Shown here: one piece after another, positions 16,741 through 27,508 of the stretch
Position numbering within the stretch: the first letter of the stretch is position 1
Layout of the letters: every line of letters starts with the position of its first letter
NCBI GenBank assembly: GCA_045635565.1
Contig: JAZTVX010000054.1
Coordinates: 568-64,567 of the forward strand
Length of the DNA: 64,000 nucleotides
Source of the DNA: Alphaproteobacteria bacterium
GTDB taxonomy: Bacteria > Pseudomonadota > Alphaproteobacteria > CAAHEQ01 > UBA3637
Direction: 5' to 3'
Program-made: the position numbers and the translations under genes
Notes under the pieces: generated by a model
Databases searched by the model: none
The model's input: the letters and a program-made list of their open reading frames with translations, nothing else
Told to the model about the DNA's origin: nothing

Positions 16741-16883
16741 AAATGGGTGTGGCAGTCATTAAATTGTATTAAGAAGGATATCTCTGATTGGTATGCGAGA
16801 GCCACTTATGTACAAAGTATTATTGTATTATCAAAAGAACATTTATGTTGTCGAAAAGAGTGTTGATTACGGGCAGTCCAAAT

Positions 16884-16910
16884 AAAAAAACGCCGATTAA
16901 CACCGGCGTT
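16884..16910 (-). terminator. Terminator downstream of the nitroreductase gene
   Basis: Stem AACGCCG/CGGCGTT followed by a T-run on the minus strand (plus-strand A7, 16884-16890). Confidence 0.65.
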
Positions 16911-16930
16911 TAAATAATAAAAGACAAAAT

Positions 16931-17443
16931 TTATTCCCAGCTATTTATGTGAATACGGGTAGGATCAAATCGTTCTTTAACCGTTGTTGATATGGGTGAT
17001 GATGGTTTGCCTAATGCAATTAAACCAATGGGAATAATGTGTTCCGGCAAATCCAATAGTTCCAAAAATGTGTCAGTATGTTCCGGATATACACCACAAT
17101 AACATGTACCATACCCCAAAGCATGTGCTTCCAACATCAAATTTTGAGAGGCCAATGTCACATCGATGATACCCATGCCGTTATATTCCCGTGTTAAATC
17201 TACACAAACAATAATACCCGTTCCGGCATCTGATAAAAAAGAAGCATACGGATGATTGTTTTGAACTTTTGCCAATGCTTCCTTATCAGTTAAAACAATA
17301 AATTCCCACGGCTGTTTGTTCATAGCACTGGGAGCACTCATGGCGGCTTTTAAAATTTGTTCTAAATCAGTTGTCGGTATCTGAAAATCTTTTTCATAAT
17401 GTCGAATAGAACGTCTTTGAAAAATAGCATCATTTAATTTCAT
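16931..17443 (-). CDS. Nitroreductase family protein
   Basis: IFQRRSIRHYEKD and SAPSAMNKQPWEF motifs. 170 aa. Confidence 0.8.
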   Translation of the reverse strand: MKLNDAIFQRRSIRHYEKDFQIPTTDLEQILKAAMSAPSAMNKQPWEFIVLTDKEALAKVQNNHPYASFLSDAGTGIIVCVDLTREYNGMGIIDVTLASQNLMLEAHALGYGTCYCGVYPEHTDTFLELLDLPEHIIPIGLIALGKPSSPISTTVKERFDPTRIHINSWE

Positions 17444-17489
17444 GGTTTTTCTCCTCTTGGTTGTATAGATAAGATGTTGTTATAAAATT

Positions 17490-18557
17490 TCAAGCCTTTT
17501 GTGTGTCTGTTCCTTTGGCAGATTTTAATTGTCCACAGGCTGCCATAATGTCTTCCCCACGGGAACGACGGACAGGTGCCGCAAACCAATTGTTTTCTAA
17601 AATTTTGGAAAAACGATGAATCGCATTATGACTGGATGCTTCAAAAGGGGCTCCTTCCCAATGATGGAAAGGAATTAAATTGAATTTAACTTCCAGCCCG
17701 TCAACTAGTTTCATCAATTCTTCGGCATGTTTTGGTTGGTCATTGATATCTTTTAATAAAACATATTCCATTGTAATGAATTGGCGACGTTCACATCTTT
17801 TTTGATATTCACGACAGGCTTCAATCAATACTTCAAGTGGAAATTTACGATTGACAGGCATAATTTGATTTCTGATTTCATTATTGGGAGCATGCAGACT
17901 GATGGCTAATTTAACCCCTAAATCAGCCAATTCGGGAATGTGATTGGCGACGCCTGATGTTGAAACGGTAATTCGTCGTTTTGAAATAGCCAAGCCATCA
18001 CCGTCCATAGCGATACGCAGAGCCGTTTTTAGGTTGTTGAAATTACACAATGGTTCGCCCATTCCCATGACAACGATATTGGATAGGTATCTTGTTTCAT
18101 CGGTTGGTGTCGGCCATTCCTGATAACTATCCCGAGCGGACATAAATTGTCCAACAATTTCGCCGGCTGTCAAATTACGCATCATGCGTTGCGTGCCTGT
18201 ATGGCAAAATTTACACCCTTGAGCACAACCGACTTGTGTTGAAATGCACACAGCCCCACGATCTGATTCCGGAATGTAAACGCATTCAACTTGTTTCCCG
18301 TCGGAAAATTCCATAAGCCATTTGCGTGTCCCGTCAACGGAGTTTTGTTCTGTCACGATTTTCGGATGTGTAATCGTATAAAGAGAATTCAGTTTTTCAC
18401 GAAATGGCTTTGCCAATGTTGTCATGTCATGAAAATCAGTTTTTCCTTTGTTATATATCCATTGCCATAATTGTTTTGCACGAAAACTTTTTTCTCCGAG
18501 TTCAATCATTTCTTGTGTGAGTTCATCTCGAGATAAACCAATCAATTCTTTTTTCAT
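17490..18557 (-). CDS. rlmN: 23S rRNA/tRNA m2A methyltransferase, radical SAM
   Basis: FRAKQLWQWIY start, radical-SAM cluster CAQGCKFCHTG, and MGMGEPL. Confidence 0.9.
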   Translation of the reverse strand: MKKELIGLSRDELTQEMIELGEKSFRAKQLWQWIYNKGKTDFHDMTTLAKPFREKLNSLYTITHPKIVTEQNSVDGTRKWLMEFSDGKQVECVYIPESDRGAVCISTQVGCAQGCKFCHTGTQRMMRNLTAGEIVGQFMSARDSYQEWPTPTDETRYLSNIVVMGMGEPLCNFNNLKTALRIAMDGDGLAISKRRITVSTSGVANHIPELADLGVKLAISLHAPNNEIRNQIMPVNRKFPLEVLIEACREYQKRCERRQFITMEYVLLKDINDQPKHAEELMKLVDGLEVKFNLIPFHHWEGAPFEASSHNAIHRFSKILENNWFAAPVRRSRGEDIMAACGQLKSAKGTDTQKA

Positions 18558-18567
18558 GTTTTCTCCA

Positions 18568-19068
18568 TTATTCAGGGCAGGCTTCTGTCATAGCGTTTAA
18601 GGCTTTTGTAAAGCCTTTGAGTGAATAGGTGTCTTTTAATGTTGTTCCTTTTGTTGATTTGCTAATCGTTCGAACGACATTTCCGTCAATCATCTTGTTG
18701 ATAAGTTGCTTTTCCATTTTGGCATCTTTAATCCAAGCCGCATCATTAACTGCAAAAAGGGAAACAACTTTTTGATTATCAATTCCGAATGTTGGGACAT
18801 GTTTTGAGTGAAATTTTACCCCTGTCATAACGGTAATAATATTATATTCTTTTTCACTTGGGCGACGATATACCATTAAATATGCATCTTCACGTTTAGG
18901 AGAAGAATATAGTGGACTTGATGATATAAAACAAACTTTTTGGTTGTTTTCTATTGCTTCATAAACACGCCAGCTTGAATAATTGGCAATAGGCTTCATT
19001 TGATGAACATTTTCGGACCGACAACAAACCGATGACAGTAAAGTGAACGCAATTAAAAGATATTTCAT
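18568..19068 (-). CDS. Periplasmic protein, invasion-associated locus B (IalB)-like
   Basis: Signal peptide, W..YE....KVCFISS near the N-terminus, and C-terminal YSLKGFTKALNAMTEAC resembling the IalB family. Sits next to rlmN. Confidence 0.45.
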   Translation of the reverse strand: MKYLLIAFTLLSSVCCRSENVHQMKPIANYSSWRVYEAIENNQKVCFISSSPLYSSPKREDAYLMVYRRPSEKEYNIITVMTGVKFHSKHVPTFGIDNQKVVSLFAVNDAAWIKDAKMEKQLINKMIDGNVVRTISKSTKGTTLKDTYSLKGFTKALNAMTEACPE

Positions 19069-19174
19069 TTATCCTCCTTGTCTTAGGAAATGAGTGTACA
19101 CAACTTCCTCCAAAATAGCAAGTGTAAAAAAAATATTTAGGGGAACATTTATTGATAAAAACGATGAAAAAAAC

Positions 19175-19203
19175 TTGCATTTTAAAGATGTTTGTCATAT
19201 AAT
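19175..19203 (+). promoter_or_regulatory. Promoter of parC; the mRNA would be nearly leaderless
   Basis: TTGCAT (19175-80), 17-nt spacer, TATAAT (19198-19203). The ATG is at 19212 with no SD in between. Confidence 0.5.
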
Positions 19204-19211
19204 CCTAAATT

Positions 19212-21431
19212 ATGAATGAAATAATTACGGAAAATATTAGAGAAACAAAACTGGCAGATGCATTGTCTGAACGGTATTTGGCTTATGCCGTATCAACAAT
19301 TGTTGCCCGTTCGTTGCCGGATGTGCGTGATGGGTTAAAGCCTGTGCACCGACGTTTGTTGTTTGCTATGCGTCAGTTAAAATTGGATCCGGTATCTGGT
19401 TTTAAAAAATGTGCTCGTGTTGTTGGGGATGTTATCGGTAAATATCACCCACATGGGGATTCATCTGTTTATGATGCTATGGTTCGTTTGGCACAGGATT
19501 TTGCTGTTCGTTATCCATTAGTTGATGGGCAAGGGAATTTTGGCAATATTGACGGGGATAAGGCGGCAGCCATGCGTTATACGGAGGCTCGTTTAACGGC
19601 TGTTGCTGTTGCGTTAATGGATGGATTAGATGATGATGCCGTTGATTTTGATAAGACATATGATGGGGAAGAAGAAGAACCGGTTGTCATGCCTGCTTCT
19701 TTTCCGAATTTGTTGGCAAATGGTGCATCAGGTATTGCTGTCGGTATGGCGACGAATATTCCACCACATAATGTTGGTGAGGTATGTGATGCCTTGTTGT
19801 ATTTATTGAAAAAACCGGATGCAGAAATCGAACAGTTGATGACATTCATACAAGGGCCTGATTTTCCGACAGGTGGTATTTTGGCTGAAAGCCGTGTCGG
19901 TATTATTAAGGCTTATTCGACCGGTCGTGGGGCAATGAAGATTCGTGCCAAATGGGAAAAAGAAGAATTATCTCATGGACAATATCAAATTGTTGTGACG
20001 GAAATTCCCTATCAGGTACAAAAATCTGATTTAGTTATGCGTATTGCAAAGTTGTTATCAGAGAAGAAGTTGCCAATGTTGGCTGATATTCGTGATGAAT
20101 CATCAGATGTGGTACGATTGGTTTTGGAACCGAAATCTCGTACGGTTTCTCCTGAACAATTGATGGAACATTTGTTTAAAAATACGGATTTACAAGTTAA
20201 TTTTAACTTGAATATGAATGTATTGGATGCCGACCATACCCCTCGGGTTATGAATATCAAAGAGGTGTTAATGGCATTTTTAAAGCACCGAGATGAAGTT
20301 CTTGTCAGAAAATCCAATTATCGGCTAGCGAAAATTGAACATCGCATGGAGTTATTACAAGGATTTTTGATTGCCTATCTGAATTTGGATCGTGTTATTG
20401 AAATTATCCGTAACGAAGATGAACCTAAAGCCATTATGATGGCAGAGTTTCATTTAACGGATATACAGGCAGAAGCCATCTTAAACATGCGTTTGCGTTC
20501 TTTGCGTAAGTTAGAAGAAGCACAAATTCAATCTGAATACGATAATTTGGTTCTTGAAAAACAAGCATTAGAAGCCTTGTTGTCGGATACGGAATTACGT
20601 AAAAAGAAATTGTCAGAAGAAATTAAAGATATTCAAAAACGGTTTGGTCAAAACACACAATTGGGTCAACGGCGGACACTTGTTGCTGAAGCCCCGAAAG
20701 AAATTGAAATTTCGATTGAGGCTATGATTGAAAAAGAACCAATTACAATTGTATTATCAAAACGGGGCTGGATTAGGGCCATGAAGGGTCATACGGATTC
20801 GGTCGATGAGATAAAGTTTAAAGAAGGGGATTCTTTAAAAGCCACATTAAAAGCATATACAACAGATCAAATAGTGTTGTTTGCAGATAATGGACGTTTC
20901 TTTACTGTCTTAGGGAATAATATTGCCGGTGGACGTGGGTATGGTGAGCCTTTGCGTTTGTCAATTGATGTAGCGGAAGACGCTGATATTGTAACGATGT
21001 TTGTGTGGCTGCCTGAACAGATGTTGTTAGTTGCTTCTCAAAATGGGAAAGGGTTTATTGTGAACAGCAATGATGTTGTTGCACAGACACGAGCAGGTAA
21101 AATCATTTTAAATTTAGCTGATATGGACAAGGCTTTGCTTTGCAAACCGGTTAACGGTTCTCATATTGCTGTGATTGGAACGAACAGAAAGATGATTGTT
21201 TTCAAAACAGAAGAAATTCCGACCATGACACGGGGCAGTGGCGTTATTTTGCAACGTTATCAAGAAGCAAAATTATCTGATGTTCGCTTCTTTAACATCG
21301 AAGATGGTTTGCCGTTCCCCAGTGGTAATGGAACAAGGATTGAACGCAATATCGGTTTATGGTTAGCGAAACGGGCAACGGTTGGTAAATTCCCGCCGGT
21401 GGGTTTTCCTCGCAGTAATAAATTTGATTAA
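19212..21431 (+). CDS. parC: DNA topoisomerase IV subunit A
   Basis: [31 protein letters not shown], active-site AAMRYTE, and 739 aa (shorter than GyrA). Confidence 0.85.
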   Translation: MNEIITENIRETKLADALSERYLAYAVSTIVARSLPDVRDGLKPVHRRLLFAMRQLKLDPVSGFKKCARVVGDVIGKYHPHGDSSVYDAMVRLAQDFAVRYPLVDGQGNFGNIDGDKAAAMRYTEARLTAVAVALMDGLDDDAVDFDKTYDGEEEEPVVMPASFPNLLANGASGIAVGMATNIPPHNVGEVCDALLYLLKKPDAEIEQLMTFIQGPDFPTGGILAESRVGIIKAYSTGRGAMKIRAKWEKEELSHGQYQIVVTEIPYQVQKSDLVMRIAKLLSEKKLPMLADIRDESSDVVRLVLEPKSRTVSPEQLMEHLFKNTDLQVNFNLNMNVLDADHTPRVMNIKEVLMAFLKHRDEVLVRKSNYRLAKIEHRMELLQGFLIAYLNLDRVIEIIRNEDEPKAIMMAEFHLTDIQAEAILNMRLRSLRKLEEAQIQSEYDNLVLEKQALEALLSDTELRKKKLSEEIKDIQKRFGQNTQLGQRRTLVAEAPKEIEISIEAMIEKEPITIVLSKRGWIRAMKGHTDSVDEIKFKEGDSLKATLKAYTTDQIVLFADNGRFFTVLGNNIAGGRGYGEPLRLSIDVAEDADIVTMFVWLPEQMLLVASQNGKGFIVNSNDVVAQTRAGKIILNLADMDKALLCKPVNGSHIAVIGTNRKMIVFKTEEIPTMTRGSGVILQRYQEAKLSDVRFFNIEDGLPFPSGNGTRIERNIGLWLAKRATVGKFPPVGFPRSNKFD

Positions 21432-21440
21432 CATATTTGA

Positions 21441-21468
21441 TAAGGGCAGAAGTTGCCCTTATTTTTTA
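21441..21468 (+). terminator. Terminator of parC
   Basis: Stem TAAGGGCA/TGCCCTTA followed by T6. Confidence 0.75.
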
Positions 21469-21676
21469 TATCAATGTAATATATTTGTTTGTTGATGATT
21501 CGTGGTTATTATATGCTTTTAAAATAATCAGCACAACGAGTTATTTATCAAGGGGGAGATAAATGTCTTTCTCTACCGGTGTGACAAAAGTACGATATTT
21601 TGTTTGATTGAGAATTAAAAAAAATGATGTCTTGCAAATGAAATAAAATATATTACTTTATAACAGAAGGTAATAT

Positions 21677-22480
21677 ATGACTCAGTTGACATTTGCGTTT
21701 TTATTAACTGTATTTGCCGGTTTGGCTACGGGTATAGGTGGTGCGATAGCCTTTTTTACTCCTCGATTTGATAAAAAGTTTTTATCATTCTGTTTGGGAT
21801 TTTCGGCTGGTGTTATGATTTATGTTTCTTTCTTTGAATTAGTTCCAACAGGTTTTCAGTTATTGCAAAACATGCATGCTGACAGAGCGGAAATACTATA
21901 TTTGTGTGCTTTTTTTGGGGGAATAGCACTTACATCCGGAATTGATTTTATGATTCCTCATGTTGATAATTTATCCTTGTTAAAAAAGAAGCACTCCACA
22001 ACACATCAGATATCGTCCAAACCAGTTTCAAAACAATTATTGCGTTTGGGATTTGTAACAGCCCTTGTATTATCTATTCATAATATTCCGGAAGGGATTG
22101 CCACTTTTTTTTCAGCGTTGGATAAATCGGAAATTGCCTATGTCGTTGCCATTGCCATTGCTTTTCATAATATTCCCGAAGGATTTATTGTAGCCATTCC
22201 AATCTATTATGCAACGTCCAGCAGAAAAAAGGCTTTTCTTTGTTCTTTTTTGTCTGGTTTAACAGAACCATTGGGTGCTGTTATCGGTTATTTCTTTTTA
22301 GCATCATATTTGAATGATTCGCTTGTTGGTATCATACTCATCGGAATTGCCGGTATTATGATTTATATTTCACTTGACGAATTATTGCCAATGGCTCACA
22401 CTTATGGTAAACATCATTTGACAATATTAGGTTTATTTTTTGGTATGTTTCTAATGGCTGTCAGTTTGATTTGTTTTTAG
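21677..22480 (+). CDS. zupT: ZIP-family zinc transporter
   Basis: Multi-TM protein with repeated HNIPEG motifs (IHNIPEGIA, FHNIPEGFI). Confidence 0.85.
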   Translation: MTQLTFAFLLTVFAGLATGIGGAIAFFTPRFDKKFLSFCLGFSAGVMIYVSFFELVPTGFQLLQNMHADRAEILYLCAFFGGIALTSGIDFMIPHVDNLSLLKKKHSTTHQISSKPVSKQLLRLGFVTALVLSIHNIPEGIATFFSALDKSEIAYVVAIAIAFHNIPEGFIVAIPIYYATSSRKKAFLCSFLSGLTEPLGAVIGYFFLASYLNDSLVGIILIGIAGIMIYISLDELLPMAHTYGKHHLTILGLFFGMFLMAVSLICF

Positions 22481-23355
22481 GCATTCTGTCTGTTGTTGTT
22501 AATGGTAGGAATTTGTGAAAAATAATGTTCTATTTTTTGACATACATATTGCCCCTTCTTCGATGTCAAATCCTGATGAATATATGACATAATAAACAAC
22601 ATTCGTAGCATTAACGCTCCATCGAAATAATCAACATTTGATTTTGTTTCATTTTCATATGCCTTTTTAAACAAATATGAATCTTGTTGAGAATAACGGG
22701 GATATAGGGCGATATCGAAAACGGGATTAGCAAATGATAATGTGTCAAAATCGAAAATTCCTGTTATTTGATAAGATGAATTGACGTGATAATTGCGTGG
22801 ATTTAAATCACAATGACAGAGTGTTTTACGATTATGAAAAGCAGATAAGCATTTGCTGACCAGTGAGTACATGGGATGTGTTTGAAGTCGTTTGGTTAGT
22901 TGTTCTTCCATACAAGGAATGTTAAATTGACTGACATCTGTCGATTTAACGGCATGCAATGATTTTAAAAAAGTCGATAATTGTTCAAAAATATATTGTT
23001 TTTTTGAGGTTGACAATTGAGCAAATTTTTCTTCACCCAGAACGTATCCTTCAATACGAGGCATAACACACATGGTTTGAAGTTTGTTTTGATATTCTCC
23101 GTGATGAATGGAAAATTGACTGATAGGATAGGGTAAACGAGATGCTAAAAAATTTAAAATTTGTTGTTGCTGTTCAATGTTTTTTTCAATAAAATCATTT
23201 TTGAAAAAACGAACAACGGTTGTTTCGTTAACCATATAGGTAAAATTTTCATTGCCGTTTAATCTTTCTAATTGAAAAACAGGTAAAGACGGCAGACATG
23301 ATTGTATGGCGTTTTTGATAAAGGAATGGTTTAGTGACTCGGCTTGTGTAATCAT
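22477..23355 (-). CDS. Phosphotransferase (APH/choline-kinase fold) family kinase
   Basis: Catalytic loop CHCDLNPRNY and GIFDFD. Last gene of the ftsE..anmK operon. Confidence 0.7.
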   Translation of the reverse strand: MITQAESLNHSFIKNAIQSCLPSLPVFQLERLNGNENFTYMVNETTVVRFFKNDFIEKNIEQQQQILNFLASRLPYPISQFSIHHGEYQNKLQTMCVMPRIEGYVLGEEKFAQLSTSKKQYIFEQLSTFLKSLHAVKSTDVSQFNIPCMEEQLTKRLQTHPMYSLVSKCLSAFHNRKTLCHCDLNPRNYHVNSSYQITGIFDFDTLSFANPVFDIALYPRYSQQDSYLFKKAYENETKSNVDYFDGALMLRMLFIMSYIHQDLTSKKGQYVCQKIEHYFSQIPTINNNRQNA

Positions 23356-23370
23356 TTTTTAGACTTTATT

Positions 23371-24474
23371 TTATGATTTTTGAGAATAAAATATTTTTCC
23401 ACCAGTTGTTGGTTCCAATACACCGGTTGTTTGGGGAAAACTGACAGGTAGTTTCATTAAAGAACGGACACTTAAAAAGGCATAACTTTGTGCATTGAGA
23501 GTTGTGTTGCACCAACCACATTCTGAACCTGTTTTAACCGGTTCTTTGAGGATGGATTTTATCATGCGAACTAAGACGGGATTATAGATGCCCCCTCCGA
23601 TTAAAATCCATTCTTTTGGCTGAATGGATAAAAATGATTGTGCATTTTTAATGCTGTGTGCAATGAGTGCTGTTAAGGTTGTTGCACCGTCAGCCAATGA
23701 ACAACCTAAAACATGTTCATACATGCTAATGAATTCGTTTTTATCAACGGTTTTAGGTGGTTGTTTTTTATAAAATGCTTCATTGAGTAATCTGGTTAAC
23801 AAACGTTTATCAATCGTGCCTTTTGACGCATACAAGCCGTCAAAATCCATTTCGGCTCCTGTGTGCTTATAAATCCAATGGTCAAGCAATCGTGTACCAA
23901 TACCGATATCAAAAGCCTGCATTTCACCAAATTCACCAATACATGTCAGTGTGGTGATACCGCCCAATGATACGATACCGACAGGTTTTTTGAATGTTTG
24001 AGTTAGTGCTGTATAATATGATGCAAACAATGGTCCACCTTGACCACCGGATTTTAAATCTGATTGAATGAAACGAGAAACAACGGGTATATTTAATTGA
24101 TTAGCGATATCTTGTGGATTGCCTAAAGCAATTGAAATTTTATCTTTGGGTTTATGATAGACAACATGACCAGAGTAACCAATGATATCAATATGAGGAT
24201 GTGAACGTTTGTGTTCTTCGTAAAATTCCCGTATAACAGAAATATGAAAGTTTGTTAATAATGAATCAATTTCTTTCATTTCGTGTGTTAAAGTATAGTC
24301 AGCCTTTAAAATAAAACGGAAGATTTTATCTTTCAAATCCATTGGGTAAGGACGTGACATACAGACGGGTTGATGATACAAATCAATCCCGTCTGTTTCT
24401 AATAAGGCTATCTCAACAGCATTTAAACCAGAATCGGAATAAACACCTAAAACCGTCTTTTTCTCAATGAGCAT
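23371..24474 (-). CDS. anmK: Anhydro-N-acetylmuramic acid kinase
   Basis: Family-like N-terminus (VLGVYSDSGLNAVEIALLETDG) and GGGIYNPVLVRMI. 367 aa. Confidence 0.75.
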   Translation of the reverse strand: MLIEKKTVLGVYSDSGLNAVEIALLETDGIDLYHQPVCMSRPYPMDLKDKIFRFILKADYTLTHEMKEIDSLLTNFHISVIREFYEEHKRSHPHIDIIGYSGHVVYHKPKDKISIALGNPQDIANQLNIPVVSRFIQSDLKSGGQGGPLFASYYTALTQTFKKPVGIVSLGGITTLTCIGEFGEMQAFDIGIGTRLLDHWIYKHTGAEMDFDGLYASKGTIDKRLLTRLLNEAFYKKQPPKTVDKNEFISMYEHVLGCSLADGATTLTALIAHSIKNAQSFLSIQPKEWILIGGGIYNPVLVRMIKSILKEPVKTGSECGWCNTTLNAQSYAFLSVRSLMKLPVSFPQTTGVLEPTTGGKIFYSQKS

Positions 24475-25220
24475 TATTGACCTTTTGCCTGAAACGGGTG
24501 AGGTAATTTTTCTTGTGCCGCTTCAATTGTTTGTGATAACTCATTTAAAAACTCACGTTTGTTTTTGCCTGGTTCAATCGGAGGCAAAAATTGAACGGTT
24601 ATAACGCCGGCGTATTTGACGGATTTGTTTTTAGGCCAGCAATAGCCCGTATTTAAGGCTACGGGAACAACAGGAACATGACACTGATCATATAAAAAGG
24701 CAACACCGGGTGTGTAGGGTTGTTTCGTTCCGGGGGCTGTTCGTGTTCCTTCCGGAAAGATAACTAAATTCATCCCGTCTGCCAAATGTTTTTTGACACC
24801 TGACAACATTTGTTTCATGGTTTTTGCTCCGCCACTTCTGTCAATAGCAATACAACCTGTTTTTAAAAAATAAATACCGACAAAGGGAATCCATAACAGT
24901 TCACGTTTTAAAACATAAAATACATGGGGAATAATACCGTGAAATAATGTTGTTTCAAGGGCAGATTGATGTTTTGAAGCGATGATATACCCATTTTTTG
25001 AGGGGATATTTTCCAATCCTTTTAGTTGAATTTTTATTCCACAAAATATCTGTAACAGGTAGCGTGACATAATGGACCATGTTTTAGGTAAAATACCGGC
25101 TTGTTTACAGGGAATAAATAATGTTGGGATAAAAACAATCAGTAAAACCAATGTTGATACGTAAAAAACGATTAAAAAGACAATGGAACGAATGATTGTG
25201 AGTATGTTTGATAATGTCAT
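24474..25220 (-). CDS. plsC: 1-acyl-sn-glycerol-3-phosphate acyltransferase
   Basis: SKHQSALET (HX4D/E block) and IFPEGTRT block, with an N-terminal TM helix. Confidence 0.8.
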   Translation of the reverse strand: MTLSNILTIIRSIVFLIVFYVSTLVLLIVFIPTLFIPCKQAGILPKTWSIMSRYLLQIFCGIKIQLKGLENIPSKNGYIIASKHQSALETTLFHGIIPHVFYVLKRELLWIPFVGIYFLKTGCIAIDRSGGAKTMKQMLSGVKKHLADGMNLVIFPEGTRTAPGTKQPYTPGVAFLYDQCHVPVVPVALNTGYCWPKNKSVKYAGVITVQFLPPIEPGKNKREFLNELSQTIEAAQEKLPHPFQAKGQ

Positions 25221-25798
25221 AAAACCTCCTTAAATAAAGATTTGAGATGAACGAATACAAATTTATGATATTCTAAGAACAGTAACCAAGTATATCGTGT
25301 TTTAATCCAATTAACAGAATCTCCGTAAGATTTAGGAAAAACAGGGCGTGGATAAATTTTTAATTCTTTGTTTAGTCTGGATATTTCAAAAAAACTGCGA
25401 GGCATGTGGTAAAAACTGGTAACAAGTAAAATGGAATCAATTTGTCTTTCTTTAACCCAGGCATCTATTTCTTGTGCGTTGCCAACAGTGTTTTCTGCCG
25501 TATAGCCTAGTGTAATTTTCTTACGTTGTGTCTGTGAAACATTTTTTAATAAATCATCTTTCGTCACTTGTCTATTAACGCCCGATATCAATAAATAATC
25601 AGCATTTTGTTGTTTCATCAATTGGATACCTGTTTCAATACGATTGCTTCCTCCTGTTAGTACAACAACGGCATCCGGTTGTTCTAATGAATCTGATTGT
25701 AAAGACAATGCATAAACGCAAAACACAATAAATCCGATAAACCAGATTGTGAAGAATATAGAAATAAAATAAAGACTTAAACCATAAATATATTTCAT
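25217..25798 (-). CDS. DUF218 (YdcF/ElyC-like) membrane-anchored protein
   Basis: TM helix followed by AVVVLTGGSNRIETGIQL...LLISGVN. Confidence 0.75.
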   Translation of the reverse strand: MKYIYGLSLYFISIFFTIWFIGFIVFCVYALSLQSDSLEQPDAVVVLTGGSNRIETGIQLMKQQNADYLLISGVNRQVTKDDLLKNVSQTQRKKITLGYTAENTVGNAQEIDAWVKERQIDSILLVTSFYHMPRSFFEISRLNKELKIYPRPVFPKSYGDSVNWIKTRYTWLLFLEYHKFVFVHLKSLFKEVL

Positions 25799-26691
25799 TA
25801 TAAACTTCTTTTGAGTTCGGTTAAAACAGTTTTAAATGCTGTGATATATGCTAAAATAGCCGACAATAATGGTAAACTTGCTAAAATACCCCATTGCTGA
25901 TTTGTCAGTGCCGTACCAAGTATAAAACTACCGGTCAGATTATTGAGATAATAAGCAAATAACATCATCACGGGTAAAGCCAGTAGGAAACCGATAAAAC
26001 TACCGATAAAGGCAATTTTGAAACTGCGATTTGCAAATTGACGGGTAATGTAAAAATCACCGGCTCCCATCATGTGAATTAAAGTAATGGTTGCATGGTG
26101 AACTTTTAACCCTGATTTTGTTACAAACATAATTGAAAAAGCCATACTGACAAGCAGTAAAATCAAAATGCCACCAATTAACTTAATGATATTTTGTGCC
26201 AATTTTATCAAATCAGCCAAGGCGACCCGATGACTATCTAAAACAGCCAAAGGTACTTGTTCCGCCAAATCGGCCTTAATCTGGGCTAAATCGGGTAAAT
26301 TTTCCGTATCAATGATAACATCAATGATTTTGGGTAGAGGTAATTCACTTGTTACAACGTGATCACCAAGCCATGGAGCCATTAACTGATCCATTTGGTT
26401 GTCATCTAATGGATTTGCCCCGATAACCCCATCTGAAGAACGAATAATCGTTAACGCTGTTTCAATATCACTTTGAATGATATCTTTGCGTGAATTACCT
26501 TCTTTATCGTAAGATGGAATTTGAACAGTTAGTGAACCGGAAACATTTTTATGCCAAGATTCAACAGAACTATACGTAATCATAGCCAGAGCACATATCA
26601 ATGTGGCAATAAAAACCATCAGCATGCCAATCCATGCAACAAAAAAACAAGATGAATCCTGTACAAACGGGATATCAGACGGTTTTCTCAT
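25798..26691 (-). CDS. ftsX: Cell division permease-like protein FtsX
   Basis: Four TM helices with a large periplasmic loop, directly after ftsE with overlapping stop and start. Confidence 0.8.
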   Translation of the reverse strand: MRKPSDIPFVQDSSCFFVAWIGMLMVFIATLICALAMITYSSVESWHKNVSGSLTVQIPSYDKEGNSRKDIIQSDIETALTIIRSSDGVIGANPLDDNQMDQLMAPWLGDHVVTSELPLPKIIDVIIDTENLPDLAQIKADLAEQVPLAVLDSHRVALADLIKLAQNIIKLIGGILILLLVSMAFSIMFVTKSGLKVHHATITLIHMMGAGDFYITRQFANRSFKIAFIGSFIGFLLALPVMMLFAYYLNNLTGSFILGTALTNQQWGILASLPLLSAILAYITAFKTVLTELKRSL

Positions 26692-27419
26692 GCCGTTTCT
26701 CCTTGTTGAAAAGATGTGTGTCGTTTTTCCTGATTGATACGTTGAATTCGTCCTTGTGATAAATGCAACTGTTCAAATCCGAAATGTTTAATTAAATTTT
26801 GGTTGTGTGTGGCGATAACAATCGTTGTGCCGAGTTTATTTAATTCGAGAAATAAGTATAATAAGCGTTTTGCCATGGCATCATCAACGTTTCCCGTCGG
26901 TTCGTCGGCAATCAATAATTGGGGTCTGTTAATAACAGCACGAGCAATGGCAATACGTTGTTTTTCCCCTCCGGATAACTCTTCTGGAAATGCCCGAATT
27001 TGTTTTTCTAACCCGACCCAAGCCAATAACTCGCTGACATGTCGTTTGATTTCTGTTTCTTTTACGCCGGCTATGCGTAAAGGAAGGGCAACATTGTCAA
27101 AAGCATTTAAATGTGATAACAAGCGATAATCCTGAAAAACAACGCCGATTTGACGTCGAATTTGTGCCTTATCAGATCGGGATAGCGTATCGACAGCCTT
27201 GCCGAACAAACGTACACGTCCTTTCGTTGGCAAATGATTCATATACAATAGTCCCAGTAAAGATGTTTTGCCTGCACCGCTTTCACCCGTCATAAAATGA
27301 AACGAACCCGGATCAAGAGTTAATTGGATATCTTTTAAAATTTCGGAACCGGTTCCGTAACGGAATGAAACACCGTTAAATTCTGCTATTGGCGAAGAAA
27401 GTTTGTTCCCTTCAAACAC
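26688..27419 (-). CDS. ftsE: Cell division ATP-binding protein FtsE
   Basis: Walker A GESGAGKTS, signature LSGGEKQR, Walker B LLIADEPT. Confidence 0.85.
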   Translation of the reverse strand: MFEGNKLSSPIAEFNGVSFRYGTGSEILKDIQLTLDPGSFHFMTGESGAGKTSLLGLLYMNHLPTKGRVRLFGKAVDTLSRSDKAQIRRQIGVVFQDYRLLSHLNAFDNVALPLRIAGVKETEIKRHVSELLAWVGLEKQIRAFPEELSGGEKQRIAIARAVINRPQLLIADEPTGNVDDAMAKRLLYLFLELNKLGTTIVIATHNQNLIKHFGFEQLHLSQGRIQRINQEKRHTSFQQGETA

Positions 27420-27508
27420 TTTTATATTCCTTTTTTAAAAATAGTTGTATCTTTTTTCAAAATCGTATATATAGTATCTACACTATTTTTTTGAAAAGGG
27501 AAAGATAA

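Noticed and set aside
19577-20317. Minus-strand ORFs (90 and 101 aa) inside parC
   Set aside because: These are antisense shadows within a conserved CDS.
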